Source of the DNA: Candidatus Latescibacterota bacterium | GTDB taxonomy: Bacteria; Latescibacterota; UBA2968; UBA8231 | Direction: 5' to 3' | Assembly (NCBI GenBank): GCA_965205655.1 | Contig: CBDBIJ010000135.1 | Coordinates: 1 to 58,253, forward strand | DNA: 58,253 nt | Part shown: positions 10,848 through 20,299 of the stretch, piece after piece | How the letters are laid out: each line of letters opens with the position of its first letter | Numbering within the stretch: position 1 is the first letter of the stretch | Position numbers and translations under genes: made by a program | The notes under the pieces: model-generated | The model's database searches: none | Seen by the model: the letters and a program-made list of their open reading frames with translations, nothing else | What the model was told of the DNA's origin: nothing

Positions 10848-11814
10848 GTTCCACAGCGCCATCTCCTGGATGCGATCTGTCTGCGGTAGCGGGAGTTCGC
10901 CGTTGGGCATGGGGCCTACATTCAATAGTAAATTACCGCCTTTCGACCGTGTTTCAATCAGCATTTCTATCAGGCGTGTCCCCGATTTATATGTTTCATT
11001 CGTCGGTTTGTAGCTCCACTGCGTCCCCAAGGTGAAGCAGGCCTCCCAGGGGCCGGGCAGGGGTTGATCGGGAAGATGCTGCTCCGGAGTCCGCATGTCG
11101 CCGCGGGTTATCACCACCTCAGGTTGAAGTTCCCAGGCCAGTTGCTTCAAGCCGTCCGCCACCCCATCAAAAAACAGAACGTCGATGGGGCTGTACTGGG
11201 TCAACAATTCTCGAAGTTGGGCCTGGTTGTGGGCCATCAATTCGGGGTTGTTGAGCGGGTTTGCTTCGGGTCGAGCGCGGCTGATATCGAGACCCTGTCG
11301 GTGCAGTACCCAGAAATCATCCGGTGAAAAGTAGAAGCCGACGGCAATATCAAACTGGCGAAATGCGGTCACAATCTGACCGGCTACGTCCTGACCATAA
11401 GGAGTATTCATAACACTGAAATCGGTGGTCTTGGTTTCGAACATACAGAAACCGCTGTGGTGTTTGGCCGTGAAAACGACGTACTTGATACCCGCTATCT
11501 TCGCCAGTCTGGCCCACTCAACCGGCTCGAATTTTTTGCGGGCAAAAGGTTTGCGGCAGATCATTGATGTAGCGTTGCAGAAAATCAGCCGATGCTCCGA
11601 CCATGGAGTGGCTGATGACTGATCCCAACTGTCCATCCATACTCCAGTGGATGAACATCCCCAGAGCCAGGTCCTGAAACCGGGCGGTCTATTCGGCTTT
11701 GTTGCCCGATTGGGCTGAGGCGTCCTGGACGTCCCCGGCAACGCCGGGGGTTTCTGTGGAAGTGGATGTCGCCATCATTCAGCTCCTACGGTTAGTGGCC
11801 GAGGCAGATGCGGG

Positions 11815-12812
11815 TTAGTCGACCCCGAAGAGTCTGGCCGCGTTGTTCCAGAGGATGTCCTCGACCGCGCGGTCACTCAGGCGCTCTGACCAGCATGCCC
11901 ACTTGATCGATCGCAGATGTTCGAGTCCAATCAGGACCGGCGCGATCTCGATGTGCTTCTCACTCAAACGGGAGTGTCTTCGTAGAGCCAGACGAACGAG
12001 TCTGCCGCAGAGAGTGAGCGACCGCGCAAGTGACTCACCGGCTGGTCGGTGCCGTACATGATCTTCTCGTGGCCGAAGTGCCGGATGATCGCCTGATGCG
12101 CAATCGGCTCGCAGTTGACGCTCGTATCGAAGTAGAGGTTTTCCAGTCCCGCGAGCTTCGGCAGCCCCTCGAGGTTGTGGGCCGCCTGAAAACCACGCGC
12201 CGAGTGCGCCAGAATCAACTTCATCTCGGGATACGATTCGCAGTAGTGTCGAATCCAGTGGATGTTGTCGGGGTCGGCCACGCCTCGCGACTTCACCATG
12301 TGAAGGGTGATGACCCAACCCTCCTCGTGAGCGACCTCAACCAGAGGCTCCGGCAGGAAATCGGGGATGCTCGCTTCCCACGTCGGTTTCACTGACGAAA
12401 AGGTGTGGTAGCACTTGAGACCGGCCAATCCCAGGCGCCGCACCTCCTGACGCACCCACTGTGGATCGTCTTCCGGTCGGATGAAGAATATGCCGCGAAA
12501 CGAAGGCTGGTCGGCAATCTGCTTCGCCACCCACTCGTTTGCGCGTTCCACTCCCTCGGGCCGATCCGGAGTAGCAAACGGGATAAACATCGCCGCCTTC
12601 TCGCGTCCCGGATGCAGATCCTCCGCCAAATCGAGATACTGGGCGAGCCCGATGTCCACCTTGGTGCCGGGGATGCTCCAGGGAACCTCCGCGTTCAGCC
12701 AAAGGTGAGCGTGCGCGTCGAACACACGGCTCGGTAGAAACGAGGACAGCTCGCGTTCGAAGAACTCCTGATCTTGTTCTTGAAGGCAGGAAAGGCGTGA
12801 AGCGGCGGTCAT
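11815..12812 (-). CDS. Amidohydrolase family (Amidohydro_2) protein, 1-bp deletion at ~11965
   Basis: FDAHAH, GLKCYH, ILAH, YFDTS, MYGTD; restoring TG(G) gives TPVWSEKH...ILWNNAARLFG. Confidence 0.85.
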
Positions 12813-13000
12813 GGGTTGTCTCCTGGAAGGAGCAAGGGCGTTCGAGTCGACCGGAATATAGTCTTACGCCCATTGCTGCAATTGTGCAACTCGGGTAGCC
12901 ACGGTTGAATCCCCGCTATCGATAGCACCTCATCCGACCTATACTCCATCCACGTCAACGGCCTACCGAACAACTACCGCCATTGAGCTGGAGATTCTGC

Positions 13001-13897
13001 ATGCCGGTCTGGACCAAGGCTTTAGAGCTCGATCATGACAGAGTGCCAGCTGTTGGCAGCGACAAAGCTCTGGGGGACGCCATCCGCCGTGGCGCGGATC
13101 TGCGAATCGGTACTCAGTTTCTGCACGGTGAGCATATCGATCCTGGATCGGACAGCGACGAAATGGTCGAGGAGGTGGCCGAATTCGGGATCACCTACCT
13201 CGTCGACGATCGCTGGAGCGTCGGCGTCATGAGTCTGCGGCAACCGGTGTCGCTGCAGCCGGGTTTCGGGCCTGGCTCCTCGATGTCCTTCTTCATGTAC
13301 AACCAGAACGGGGAGCAGGCGATTGCGCGCCCTTACCTGGATGATTCGGCGGCGGGTCGCAGGCGGGATTTGGAGCTGGCCCGTCCGCCGGTCGCCAGGC
13401 CGAAACATCATCTCATCGACAGCTCAGATCAGGACAGCAACGCGCCGAGTCAGAACTTCGTGTACGATTTCGAGGTCTACCGCTACTGGGTGCGCGACGA
13501 CTGGCGCGAGGTGTTCGGCCACTCGGCCGAGGGTCAGGACCAAGGATCCATCGATGCGCTGGAGCGGGCTGTCATAGACGGGTGCGAGGTGAAGGTGGGC
13601 ATCAGGGGGCTATGCGACGATCTGATGCCGACTGAGGAGACGCCACCCGACCACGAGGTTTTCGTGCGGGCAGGGTCGTGCTACCACTACACTGAACTCC
13701 GGCGCCTTACTGTGGGGACGCATCCGCTGGTGCGGGTGCGACCTGCCGCGCCGATGCGCTACGTCAGCCATGGGTGGGACTTCGGCTGGCTGGTGTGTCG
13801 CACCGACGGTTTCGTCGAGCGAAGGCTCTACGACCCCTACTCGATGACCTGCACCGACAGCCAGACACAGTGCGCGATGCGGTGGTTCGTGCGCTGA
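13001..13897 (+). CDS. Hypothetical protein with apparent internal two-fold repeat
   Basis: GGAG RBS before ATG 13001; coding-like codon usage; no recognisable family. Confidence 0.75.
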   Translation: MPVWTKALELDHDRVPAVGSDKALGDAIRRGADLRIGTQFLHGEHIDPGSDSDEMVEEVAEFGITYLVDDRWSVGVMSLRQPVSLQPGFGPGSSMSFFMYNQNGEQAIARPYLDDSAAGRRRDLELARPPVARPKHHLIDSSDQDSNAPSQNFVYDFEVYRYWVRDDWREVFGHSAEGQDQGSIDALERAVIDGCEVKVGIRGLCDDLMPTEETPPDHEVFVRAGSCYHYTELRRLTVGTHPLVRVRPAAPMRYVSHGWDFGWLVCRTDGFVERRLYDPYSMTCTDSQTQCAMRWFVR

Positions 13898-13927
13898 AGT
13901 GAATGAGGATCCATAGCGGGAATTCCG

Positions 13928-14740
13928 ATGACCAGTGACTCCGAAAATATCGACTTCGATCTCAGGATCGCCGAGTTCCGCATCAACGGCTATGCTGTCC
14001 TCGAGAATGTGCTGTCGGTGGAGACTGTCGACCGCATCCGCGAAGCATTTTTGCCGATGCTCGAGCATGTGAAGGGGCGCGAGTCCGGAATCGCCGAGAA
14101 GGAATGGGGGGACCTGCGCACTGGCTTTGGCCGCCAGCAGATCAACAATCGCTACACCGTGACCATACCGTGGGTGAAGCCGTTCGCAGACCCCGCAGTG
14201 TATGAGAATCCAGTCATACTCGAGTTTCTCGAGCGTTACTGGGGCACGGATGACTTCTATATCAAGTGCTTCCACTCCAACAACCCCTACCCGGGCAGCG
14301 AGTTCCAGCGCTGGCACCGGGACACGCCACTGGCGCGTGAGATCCCGCACGTCGGCCTCGACACCTGTCCGATACTGGGCATCAAATTTCCGCTCGTGGA
14401 TACGTCGGAGGAAAACGGCAGCATCGAGGTGCTGCCGTCGACTCAGTATATAGCCAATCCCGACCTGGAAAGCCGCTACGACGAAGTGTTGACGAGCGGC
14501 CATTTTCCGACCGCCCGCCGTCTCAACATGAACAAGGGCACGATGTGGATACAGGATGTCCGCATGCTGCATCGCGGCACGCCCAACAGTTCGGACGCGC
14601 CACGTCCGGAAATCGTCGTCTGCTACGGACGGTCATGGATCAGTGTCGGGCAATCCGTACAAGTGCCGCCTGAGACCCATGAAGGTTTTTCGGAGAGGGC
14701 GAAGAAGCTGTTCGCGCGATGCCAGGTCGTCGACTACTGA
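13928..14740 (+). CDS. Phytanoyl-CoA dioxygenase (PhyH) family protein
   Basis: FRINGYAVLENVL, QRWHRD, ENGSIEVLPST, LHRGTPN. Confidence 0.9.
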   Translation: MTSDSENIDFDLRIAEFRINGYAVLENVLSVETVDRIREAFLPMLEHVKGRESGIAEKEWGDLRTGFGRQQINNRYTVTIPWVKPFADPAVYENPVILEFLERYWGTDDFYIKCFHSNNPYPGSEFQRWHRDTPLAREIPHVGLDTCPILGIKFPLVDTSEENGSIEVLPSTQYIANPDLESRYDEVLTSGHFPTARRLNMNKGTMWIQDVRMLHRGTPNSSDAPRPEIVVCYGRSWISVGQSVQVPPETHEGFSERAKKLFARCQVVDY

Positions 14741-14912
14741 GCCAGGTGTCATGACACAGAAGCAATGGGGATCTGCATCCTGGAGGACTCACGAGCTGGA
14801 CGCCGCTTCGGCGGCGTTGGCCGGTCACCATCTGTCGCTGGGTGAAGCCTGCATGATCGGCGGCGAGGAGGGGATGTTGATGCCGCAGCCCCAGAGTCGT
14901 AGAGAGTGCGCC

Positions 14913-15608
14913 TCAGCTGGTGATGACCTCTTCCCTGGCACGTGCACACAACTCTTCGACCGAGCCACTCGACCAACCCAGCCACCCATGCAACGTCTGC
15001 CGTTGGCCGGGTTCAATACGCCCGGAGACGGGACCCCCGTGAATGCAGTTGAGCGCCGGATCCGTATTGCCGGCATACTCGTTATGCGTCCGCCACGCCA
15101 TGGCCGTCGCCCCGCCCGAACGTGCCTCCACGCCGATGCTGCTGACTCCGCACTGGGTATCGGGCATTCTCATGAATGAACTCCTGTCAGGGTCATGATG
15201 TTTGTGGCATTCGGCGGGAATGCCATCATGAGCGATATTAGCCAAGCGGCCCTCGGCCCAGGCATAGGTCCGGTCTCCATCCTGGTCGCGAAAATCGTTC
15301 GCCTCCGCCAGTTGATAGCACGTTCCCGGACAGACATCCTCCAACGGTTCCGGGCCTTTGTTGTAGAGCTCGTAGCGCAGTGTCAAATGATCGTCATGAA
15401 TCCGGACGGAAGCATCCAGCTCTACTGTCTCGGTGTCGAAAATGTGGCAGCGAAACAGGGAGCCTGTCTGATCGCCCGACCAGTCCTGCGGCCCTTGCCG
15501 CGCCTGGTTGTATCCCAGGCCCTGGCCTTTGGCGTAGGCATTCTCGGCGATCCACAAGCGAAAAACCTGTCCGGGAAACGCCGAGACGGCTATCTGCATT
15601 ACGGACAT
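14913..15608 (-). CDS. Hypothetical protein (start uncertain: 15608 or GTG at 15665)
   Basis: Long ORF filling the gap between PhyH and cupin genes; beta-rich composition; no motif recognised. Confidence 0.6.
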   Translation of the reverse strand: MSVMQIAVSAFPGQVFRLWIAENAYAKGQGLGYNQARQGPQDWSGDQTGSLFRCHIFDTETVELDASVRIHDDHLTLRYELYNKGPEPLEDVCPGTCYQLAEANDFRDQDGDRTYAWAEGRLANIAHDGIPAECHKHHDPDRSSFMRMPDTQCGVSSIGVEARSGGATAMAWRTHNEYAGNTDPALNCIHGGPVSGRIEPGQRQTLHGWLGWSSGSVEELCARAREEVITS

Positions 15609-15697
15609 GTTGAGCGGCGGGTAGAGCAGCAGGGGTATGGTTCTGGGAGCCAACGAAATATGCACGATTCAATCCCCCCTTTTATAGGAGAGTTGTC

Positions 15698-16351
15698 ATG
15701 GGGTTCACTGTATACGATTGCCGCACGGACATTCGCAACATTCTGGTCACTCCCCAGATCCGGGCTCGTTTCTGCAAGATGGAACCGGGGCCGGGCGAGC
15801 TCAATTTCGGCCACACGCACGACCTGGGACACGAGATTTTCATCATCCTCGCGGGCAAGGTGGAATTCCAGATCAGCGGAGATGTGCATGAACTCGGGCC
15901 AGGGCAGATGTGCTACGCCTTGGTCGACGAACCTCATTCGGTGCGTGTCATCGGAGACGAGCCGGTATTGATGTACCTCTCGGTCACGCCACACATCCAA
16001 CCAACGCACACGTTATACGACGAGAAACTCAACCGATTGCCCCCCAATTTCCGTCCCTCGAGTGACTACGACACGAAAACAGACTCGACCTCACCGGTCG
16101 AGGAGCAGGTGGACGAGCACATCGAGACAGCCCGTGTGCTGGCAGAGCTGGCCCAACACAACCTTCACGAGCAGAAGGAGAAGGGTGCCTCCCTCAAACA
16201 GGCCCTGGCAGCCGGGGACCTGGAACAAGCAAGCCGCTTGCGCGAAGACATGTGGTCCCCACTACTCGACCTTTTCAAGCAAATGCACACAACGGCCGAG
16301 GTCTGGAACACGTTGTCTCCCCGGGCGGGCGTATGCAACGCGCATCGTTGA
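15698..16351 (+). CDS. Cupin domain protein with C-terminal helical extension
   Basis: HTHDLGHEIFIILAGKV...LGPGQ...EPHSV metal-binding cupin motifs; AGGAG RBS. Confidence 0.85.
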   Translation: MGFTVYDCRTDIRNILVTPQIRARFCKMEPGPGELNFGHTHDLGHEIFIILAGKVEFQISGDVHELGPGQMCYALVDEPHSVRVIGDEPVLMYLSVTPHIQPTHTLYDEKLNRLPPNFRPSSDYDTKTDSTSPVEEQVDEHIETARVLAELAQHNLHEQKEKGASLKQALAAGDLEQASRLREDMWSPLLDLFKQMHTTAEVWNTLSPRAGVCNAHR

Positions 16352-16428
16352 GAAACGCCCGGGTCGCTGCACGTTCAATGTGAGAGCTGTCGAAAATCGT
16401 GGCTGGCGCAGATCCGAGACTTGCTGGT

Positions 16429-17274
16429 CTACCTCTTAACGAAAATGCCGAAAGAAAAGACCGGCTCCGAGAGCGCGTTCTTCTCGCGCGCGGTGTTGGC
16501 CGCGCCAAGGGCGGTGCCGACGCGCTGGCTGAAATCGTAGATCAACTCAGGACCATAGGTAAGAAAGCTTTGGTTGTTGGCGTAAAGGCCGCCCATGCCA
16601 CCGCCGCCGCCGTCGTCCCCGTTCTCTCGCGATTCCATGCCCCGAACGCGAAGTATGCCTGTCAAACTTCCGACTGTGTATCCCGCCTCCGCCGCGTAGA
16701 GGATCTCGTCAGAGAAACCGTCAACCCGGTTGTTGTATCCGAAATCGACGTTGATGTAGGCCGGCATCGGATAGAGTGAATGGCCGACCTGAATCGCAAG
16801 GACTTGGTTCGCCTCGCCATCGCCGGTGAGCAATCCATTGGGCTGAGCGTCGTCACCGATCGGTACTCCCAGTGTAAGCCCGGCACTGACAACCGTCGCC
16901 TTTGCCTGCGCTATTCGATAGCGTACGCCGAGTTGGGCGTCGCCCAGGCCGGTGACATCGTCGCCCTCGAAGTAGACAAAACCGCTGGGTCGCCCGACCT
17001 GTTTGTTGAGAGTGATGCGCTTGAAGAAGGGCAGATAGCCGACAAGAGTCAGGCCGTCGCGAAGTCCGTACTCCCCGTACAAACTGAAAGTATAGTCGGC
17101 GAGCGTCGGGATGATCATGCTGTGACCGCTCATCTCGCGAAACTCGGTGCCCCTCGTCATCTGCGAGCCAAGCTTGTAGAACCCGGACCCCTTCGCTTGG
17201 GTCCAGGCGCCCGCGCTGGTGTCGGCATTCCACCACAGTAGAGTTGCCAGCAACATGGGAAGGACTCGGTTCAA
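16429..17274 (-). CDS. Secreted protein, probable outer-membrane beta-barrel
   Basis: TTG start with AAGGAG RBS; signal peptide ending ...AGAWTQ; YGEYGL, GLGDAQLGVRY, alternating aromatic strands, C-terminal FSFGIF. Confidence 0.7.
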   Translation of the reverse strand: MNRVLPMLLATLLWWNADTSAGAWTQAKGSGFYKLGSQMTRGTEFREMSGHSMIIPTLADYTFSLYGEYGLRDGLTLVGYLPFFKRITLNKQVGRPSGFVYFEGDDVTGLGDAQLGVRYRIAQAKATVVSAGLTLGVPIGDDAQPNGLLTGDGEANQVLAIQVGHSLYPMPAYINVDFGYNNRVDGFSDEILYAAEAGYTVGSLTGILRVRGMESRENGDDGGGGGMGGLYANNQSFLTYGPELIYDFSQRVGTALGAANTAREKNALSEPVFSFGIFVKR

Positions 17275-17294
17275 CTAGGACTCCTTTATGGCGC

Positions 17295-18233
17295 TCAACG
17301 CAACTGCGCGTAGCCGAAGGTGACGTTGAACGGTACGCAATGGATGATGACCCAATCGAAATCGTCGATCCGCGTACCCTCGAGAACCGGATAGGTTTGA
17401 GAACCGGAGTTCAGCTGGAGGTCACCCAGGTTCAGGCTGCCGGGCCCTACCGCGTTGGTCGTCGAAAGGAATACGGCAAGTCGAGGGCCGCGACTGACGA
17501 GGAAATCGTCACCGAAAACGATTTCAAGTCCACCCGAATCCGTTTCCTGCAACACGACGTCGCCCTCGCAGTCGTAGGTGGACTCGGGCTTGGGCTGAAA
17601 GACGCCCATGCGCCCGGAGCCAGGGACCGTGACGCGAACTGAGTTGCTGGTCACGCCATCCGTTTCGGCGCTGATCAGTGCCACTCCCGGAGCGATGGCG
17701 GTCACCTGTCCCGCGTCATCCACAGTCGCGACAGCTTCGTTGGACGAGCGCCATACGAAACTTTTTTCGAGGACATTTCCACCTGAACTGATACTCAGAG
17801 CGGTAAGCTGCCTGGAGTCGTCCAGCGACAACTCGAATGTGGCCGGTGAGACGCGCACCAGGGCAACGTCGTTGGGATCGGCGACAACCGCGACCATCAC
17901 TGCATCGCTGACAGTATCGCCGACGTGCGCGGTGACATTCACTTGCCCCTCGCTGCGCCCGCTCACGAGGCCGGTTTCATCGACCGAGGCGATGTCTTCG
18001 TCCGAGACCATCCAGATAATGACCACATCGGCAACGGCGTTGCCCATTTCGTCGAGATAGACGGCCTCAAGAGCCTGGCTGGCTCCCACTTCGACGGCTG
18101 CCATATCGGGCGTGACCACGAGGCTTGGTTGTAGCTCGGGCTCCACGGTCACGGGCGGATCTGCGATGTAGTCGGTACCGGTGCAGCCCAGTCCGAACAA
18201 GCAGATCCAATACTTTGCTTTAGCGCGAATCAT
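17295..18233 (-). CDS. Lipoprotein with two Ig-like (Big_2) domains and a C-terminal DM13 domain
   Basis: Lipobox LGC after MIRAKAK; WMVSDEDIASVDETGLV and WRSSNEAVATVDDAGQV repeats; GPRLAVFLS...LGDL..NSGSQTY...VIIHCVPFNVTFGYAQL. Confidence 0.8.
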   Translation of the reverse strand: MIRAKAKYWICLFGLGCTGTDYIADPPVTVEPELQPSLVVTPDMAAVEVGASQALEAVYLDEMGNAVADVVIIWMVSDEDIASVDETGLVSGRSEGQVNVTAHVGDTVSDAVMVAVVADPNDVALVRVSPATFELSLDDSRQLTALSISSGGNVLEKSFVWRSSNEAVATVDDAGQVTAIAPGVALISAETDGVTSNSVRVTVPGSGRMGVFQPKPESTYDCEGDVVLQETDSGGLEIVFGDDFLVSRGPRLAVFLSTTNAVGPGSLNLGDLQLNSGSQTYPVLEGTRIDDFDWVIIHCVPFNVTFGYAQLR

Positions 18234-18327
18234 GTCAGGTCCAGGTATGTTTGAGGCGACGAAAATATGAGGCGTGTCGATACCATTGGCAAGCTTTCCA
18301 TCGGGAGGTGGCTCCGGAGCGGTCGTA

Positions 18328-18356
18328 TCGATATTACCTGCCATACGCCCTATACT
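18328..18356 (+). promoter_or_regulatory. Candidate sigma70 promoter
   Basis: TCGATA-N17-TATACT upstream of ATG 18385. Confidence 0.4.
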
Positions 18357-18384
18357 CCTGCAAATGGAACAGACCGAACGTAAG

Positions 18385-19371
18385 ATGAAAAAGATTGCTT
18401 TCGTGGACGCGGGGCCGGAGGTCGACGGGGTCCTCGAGGGCGAGCGCATGAGTCGCATCGAGGCTCTGGGACAGTTTCAGATCCACTACGGCCATCCGGA
18501 GAGCGACGAAGACTACCTGAGGCGAGTGCGGGATGCCGACGCACTGCTGATCGGCGGTCCGCGAAGTTTCTCGGTGGAGGTGATGCGCCAGGCAACCAAC
18601 CTGGAGCTGATTTCGTTTACCGGACGAGGGGTCGCGAGTTATGTGGATCTGGCGGCGGCGGCGGCACAGGGCGTCACGGTTTGTATCGCACCGGGGGCGG
18701 CGGAATCGACAGTGGCCGAACATGCGGTCGCGTTGATGCTGGCCAGCGCCCGCCACCTGACTCGCCTCGACCGCGAGCTCCGCAACGGGCGCTGGAACCA
18801 CGGCCTACCAGCTATCGAGCTTCAGGAAAAGAATCTGGGGCTGTTGGGATGCGGCGCGATTGCCGTTCACTTCGCCAAACTTGCGAGAGGTCTCGGAATG
18901 CGGGTACGCGCCTGGACCCGCAATGCCAGCCCGGAGCGCGCCGAACGCTCCGGCATCGAACTGGTGTCGTTGGACGAGATCCTCGAGGAGAGCGATGTGC
19001 TGTCGATGCACCTGGCGCACAACGCCGAGACCGAAAACTTCCTGGGTGCTGCCGAGCTGGCCCGCACTAAGAAAGGTGTGGTGGTGCTGAACACGGCCCG
19101 CGGCGCCCTGATCGACACCGCTGCACTGGCGGAACTTCTGCGCTCGGGGCATGTCGCGGCAGCCGGGCTGGATGTCTTCCCCGAAGAACCTCCGCCACCT
19201 TCTGATCCTCTGCTGCAGCTGGAGAATGTCGTGATGACGCCCCACGTGGCCTGGAACACGCCCGAGGCTACCGACCGGCTCTACGACATCGCCATCGATA
19301 ATTTGGTGAACTTCTACGGCGGAGCGGCGACGAATGTTGTGGCCGGACCGGGATCCGATGACGACAAGTGA
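18385..19371 (+). CDS. D-isomer-specific 2-hydroxyacid dehydrogenase
   Basis: TVAEHA, GLLGCGAIA, LNTARG, AGLDVFPEEP, TPHVAW. Confidence 0.93.
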   Translation: MKKIAFVDAGPEVDGVLEGERMSRIEALGQFQIHYGHPESDEDYLRRVRDADALLIGGPRSFSVEVMRQATNLELISFTGRGVASYVDLAAAAAQGVTVCIAPGAAESTVAEHAVALMLASARHLTRLDRELRNGRWNHGLPAIELQEKNLGLLGCGAIAVHFAKLARGLGMRVRAWTRNASPERAERSGIELVSLDEILEESDVLSMHLAHNAETENFLGAAELARTKKGVVVLNTARGALIDTAALAELLRSGHVAAAGLDVFPEEPPPPSDPLLQLENVVMTPHVAWNTPEATDRLYDIAIDNLVNFYGGAATNVVAGPGSDDDK

Positions 19372-19380
19372 ACCAACGAG

Positions 19381-20283
19381 TTAGCTCTTCTCGCGCTCTG
19401 ATACGAACGACAGAATCTCCGAAACCATCTCCTCCGGCCGCTCCTCCGGTATGAAGTGGCCGCAGTCGAGCGACCTGCCGCGCACGTCATCGGCGCGCTC
19501 GCGCCAGACGGTGAGCATGTCGAGGTGTTTTCCGGTCTGCCAGCCAGGACGCTTCGCCATGTTGCCACCCCACAACGCCAGCACCGGGCAGTCCAATGTG
19601 CGCCCGCGGTCCTTCTCGTCGTACTCGAGGTCGAGGGCGACGCCCCGATAGTCGAGACAGGTTGCGCGAATGGTGTCCGGGTCGTCGAAGCAGCGCAGGT
19701 ACTCGGCGTATGCCTCTTCGGTGATCGAGCCCTCGACTGCCGTCCATCGCTCCAGTAGAAAGTCCAGATACTGCTTCGCGCTGTTGCCGATCAACGTCTC
19801 CGGCAGAGGAGCGGGCTGTCGCATCAGGTGCCAGTGGAACCAGGCAAAGGAGAGGTCGGCGTCCATGTTGTCGAAGGCAGCCTGTGAGGGCACGACGTCG
19901 AGTGAGGTAAACGTCCTCACGCACGCCGGGTGGTCGAGAGCCATGCGATGGCCGACACGCGCGCCTCTGTCGTGCCCGACGACGTGAAATGAATCGTAGC
20001 CGAGGTGCTTCATGACCTCGACCTGATCCGTGGCCGTCACGCGCTTGCAGAACACGCTCAAGTCGCCTTCAGGTGCGGGCGGCTTGTCGCTGTCACCGTA
20101 TCCGCGCAGGTCCGGCGCGACAACCGTATGATGCTCCGCCAGCAACGGCGCGGCCTTGTGCCACATGACGTGCGTCTGGGGATAGCCGTGCAGCAGCAAC
20201 AGTGGCGCCCCGCTGCCTGCGTGCACGAGGTTGATAGAAACGCCGTTCGCTGTGATCCGGGTCTTCGTAAAAGATTCGAACAT
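19381..20283 (-). CDS. Alpha/beta hydrolase, fluoroacetate/haloacetate dehalogenase-like
   Basis: LLHGYPQTHVMWH, DLRGYGDS, GHDRGAR, FHW, CLDYR, GHFIPEE. Confidence 0.88.
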   Translation of the reverse strand: MFESFTKTRITANGVSINLVHAGSGAPLLLLHGYPQTHVMWHKAAPLLAEHHTVVAPDLRGYGDSDKPPAPEGDLSVFCKRVTATDQVEVMKHLGYDSFHVVGHDRGARVGHRMALDHPACVRTFTSLDVVPSQAAFDNMDADLSFAWFHWHLMRQPAPLPETLIGNSAKQYLDFLLERWTAVEGSITEEAYAEYLRCFDDPDTIRATCLDYRGVALDLEYDEKDRGRTLDCPVLALWGGNMAKRPGWQTGKHLDMLTVWRERADDVRGRSLDCGHFIPEERPEEMVSEILSFVSEREKS

Positions 20284-20299
20284 GTTTCGTCCGTTCTAT

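Larger units (their letters stand above)
9040..11778 (-). pseudogene. Alpha-L-fucosidase (GH29) pseudogene interrupted by an IS256-family element
   Basis: GMFIHWS, WARLAKIAGIKYVVFTAKHHSGF, LFFDG, GGNLLLNVGP; ...ALWN|FVNHEAVY rejoins across the IS; in-frame TAGs at 11689-91 and 9091-93; frameshift at T-run 11532-37. Confidence 0.9.
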
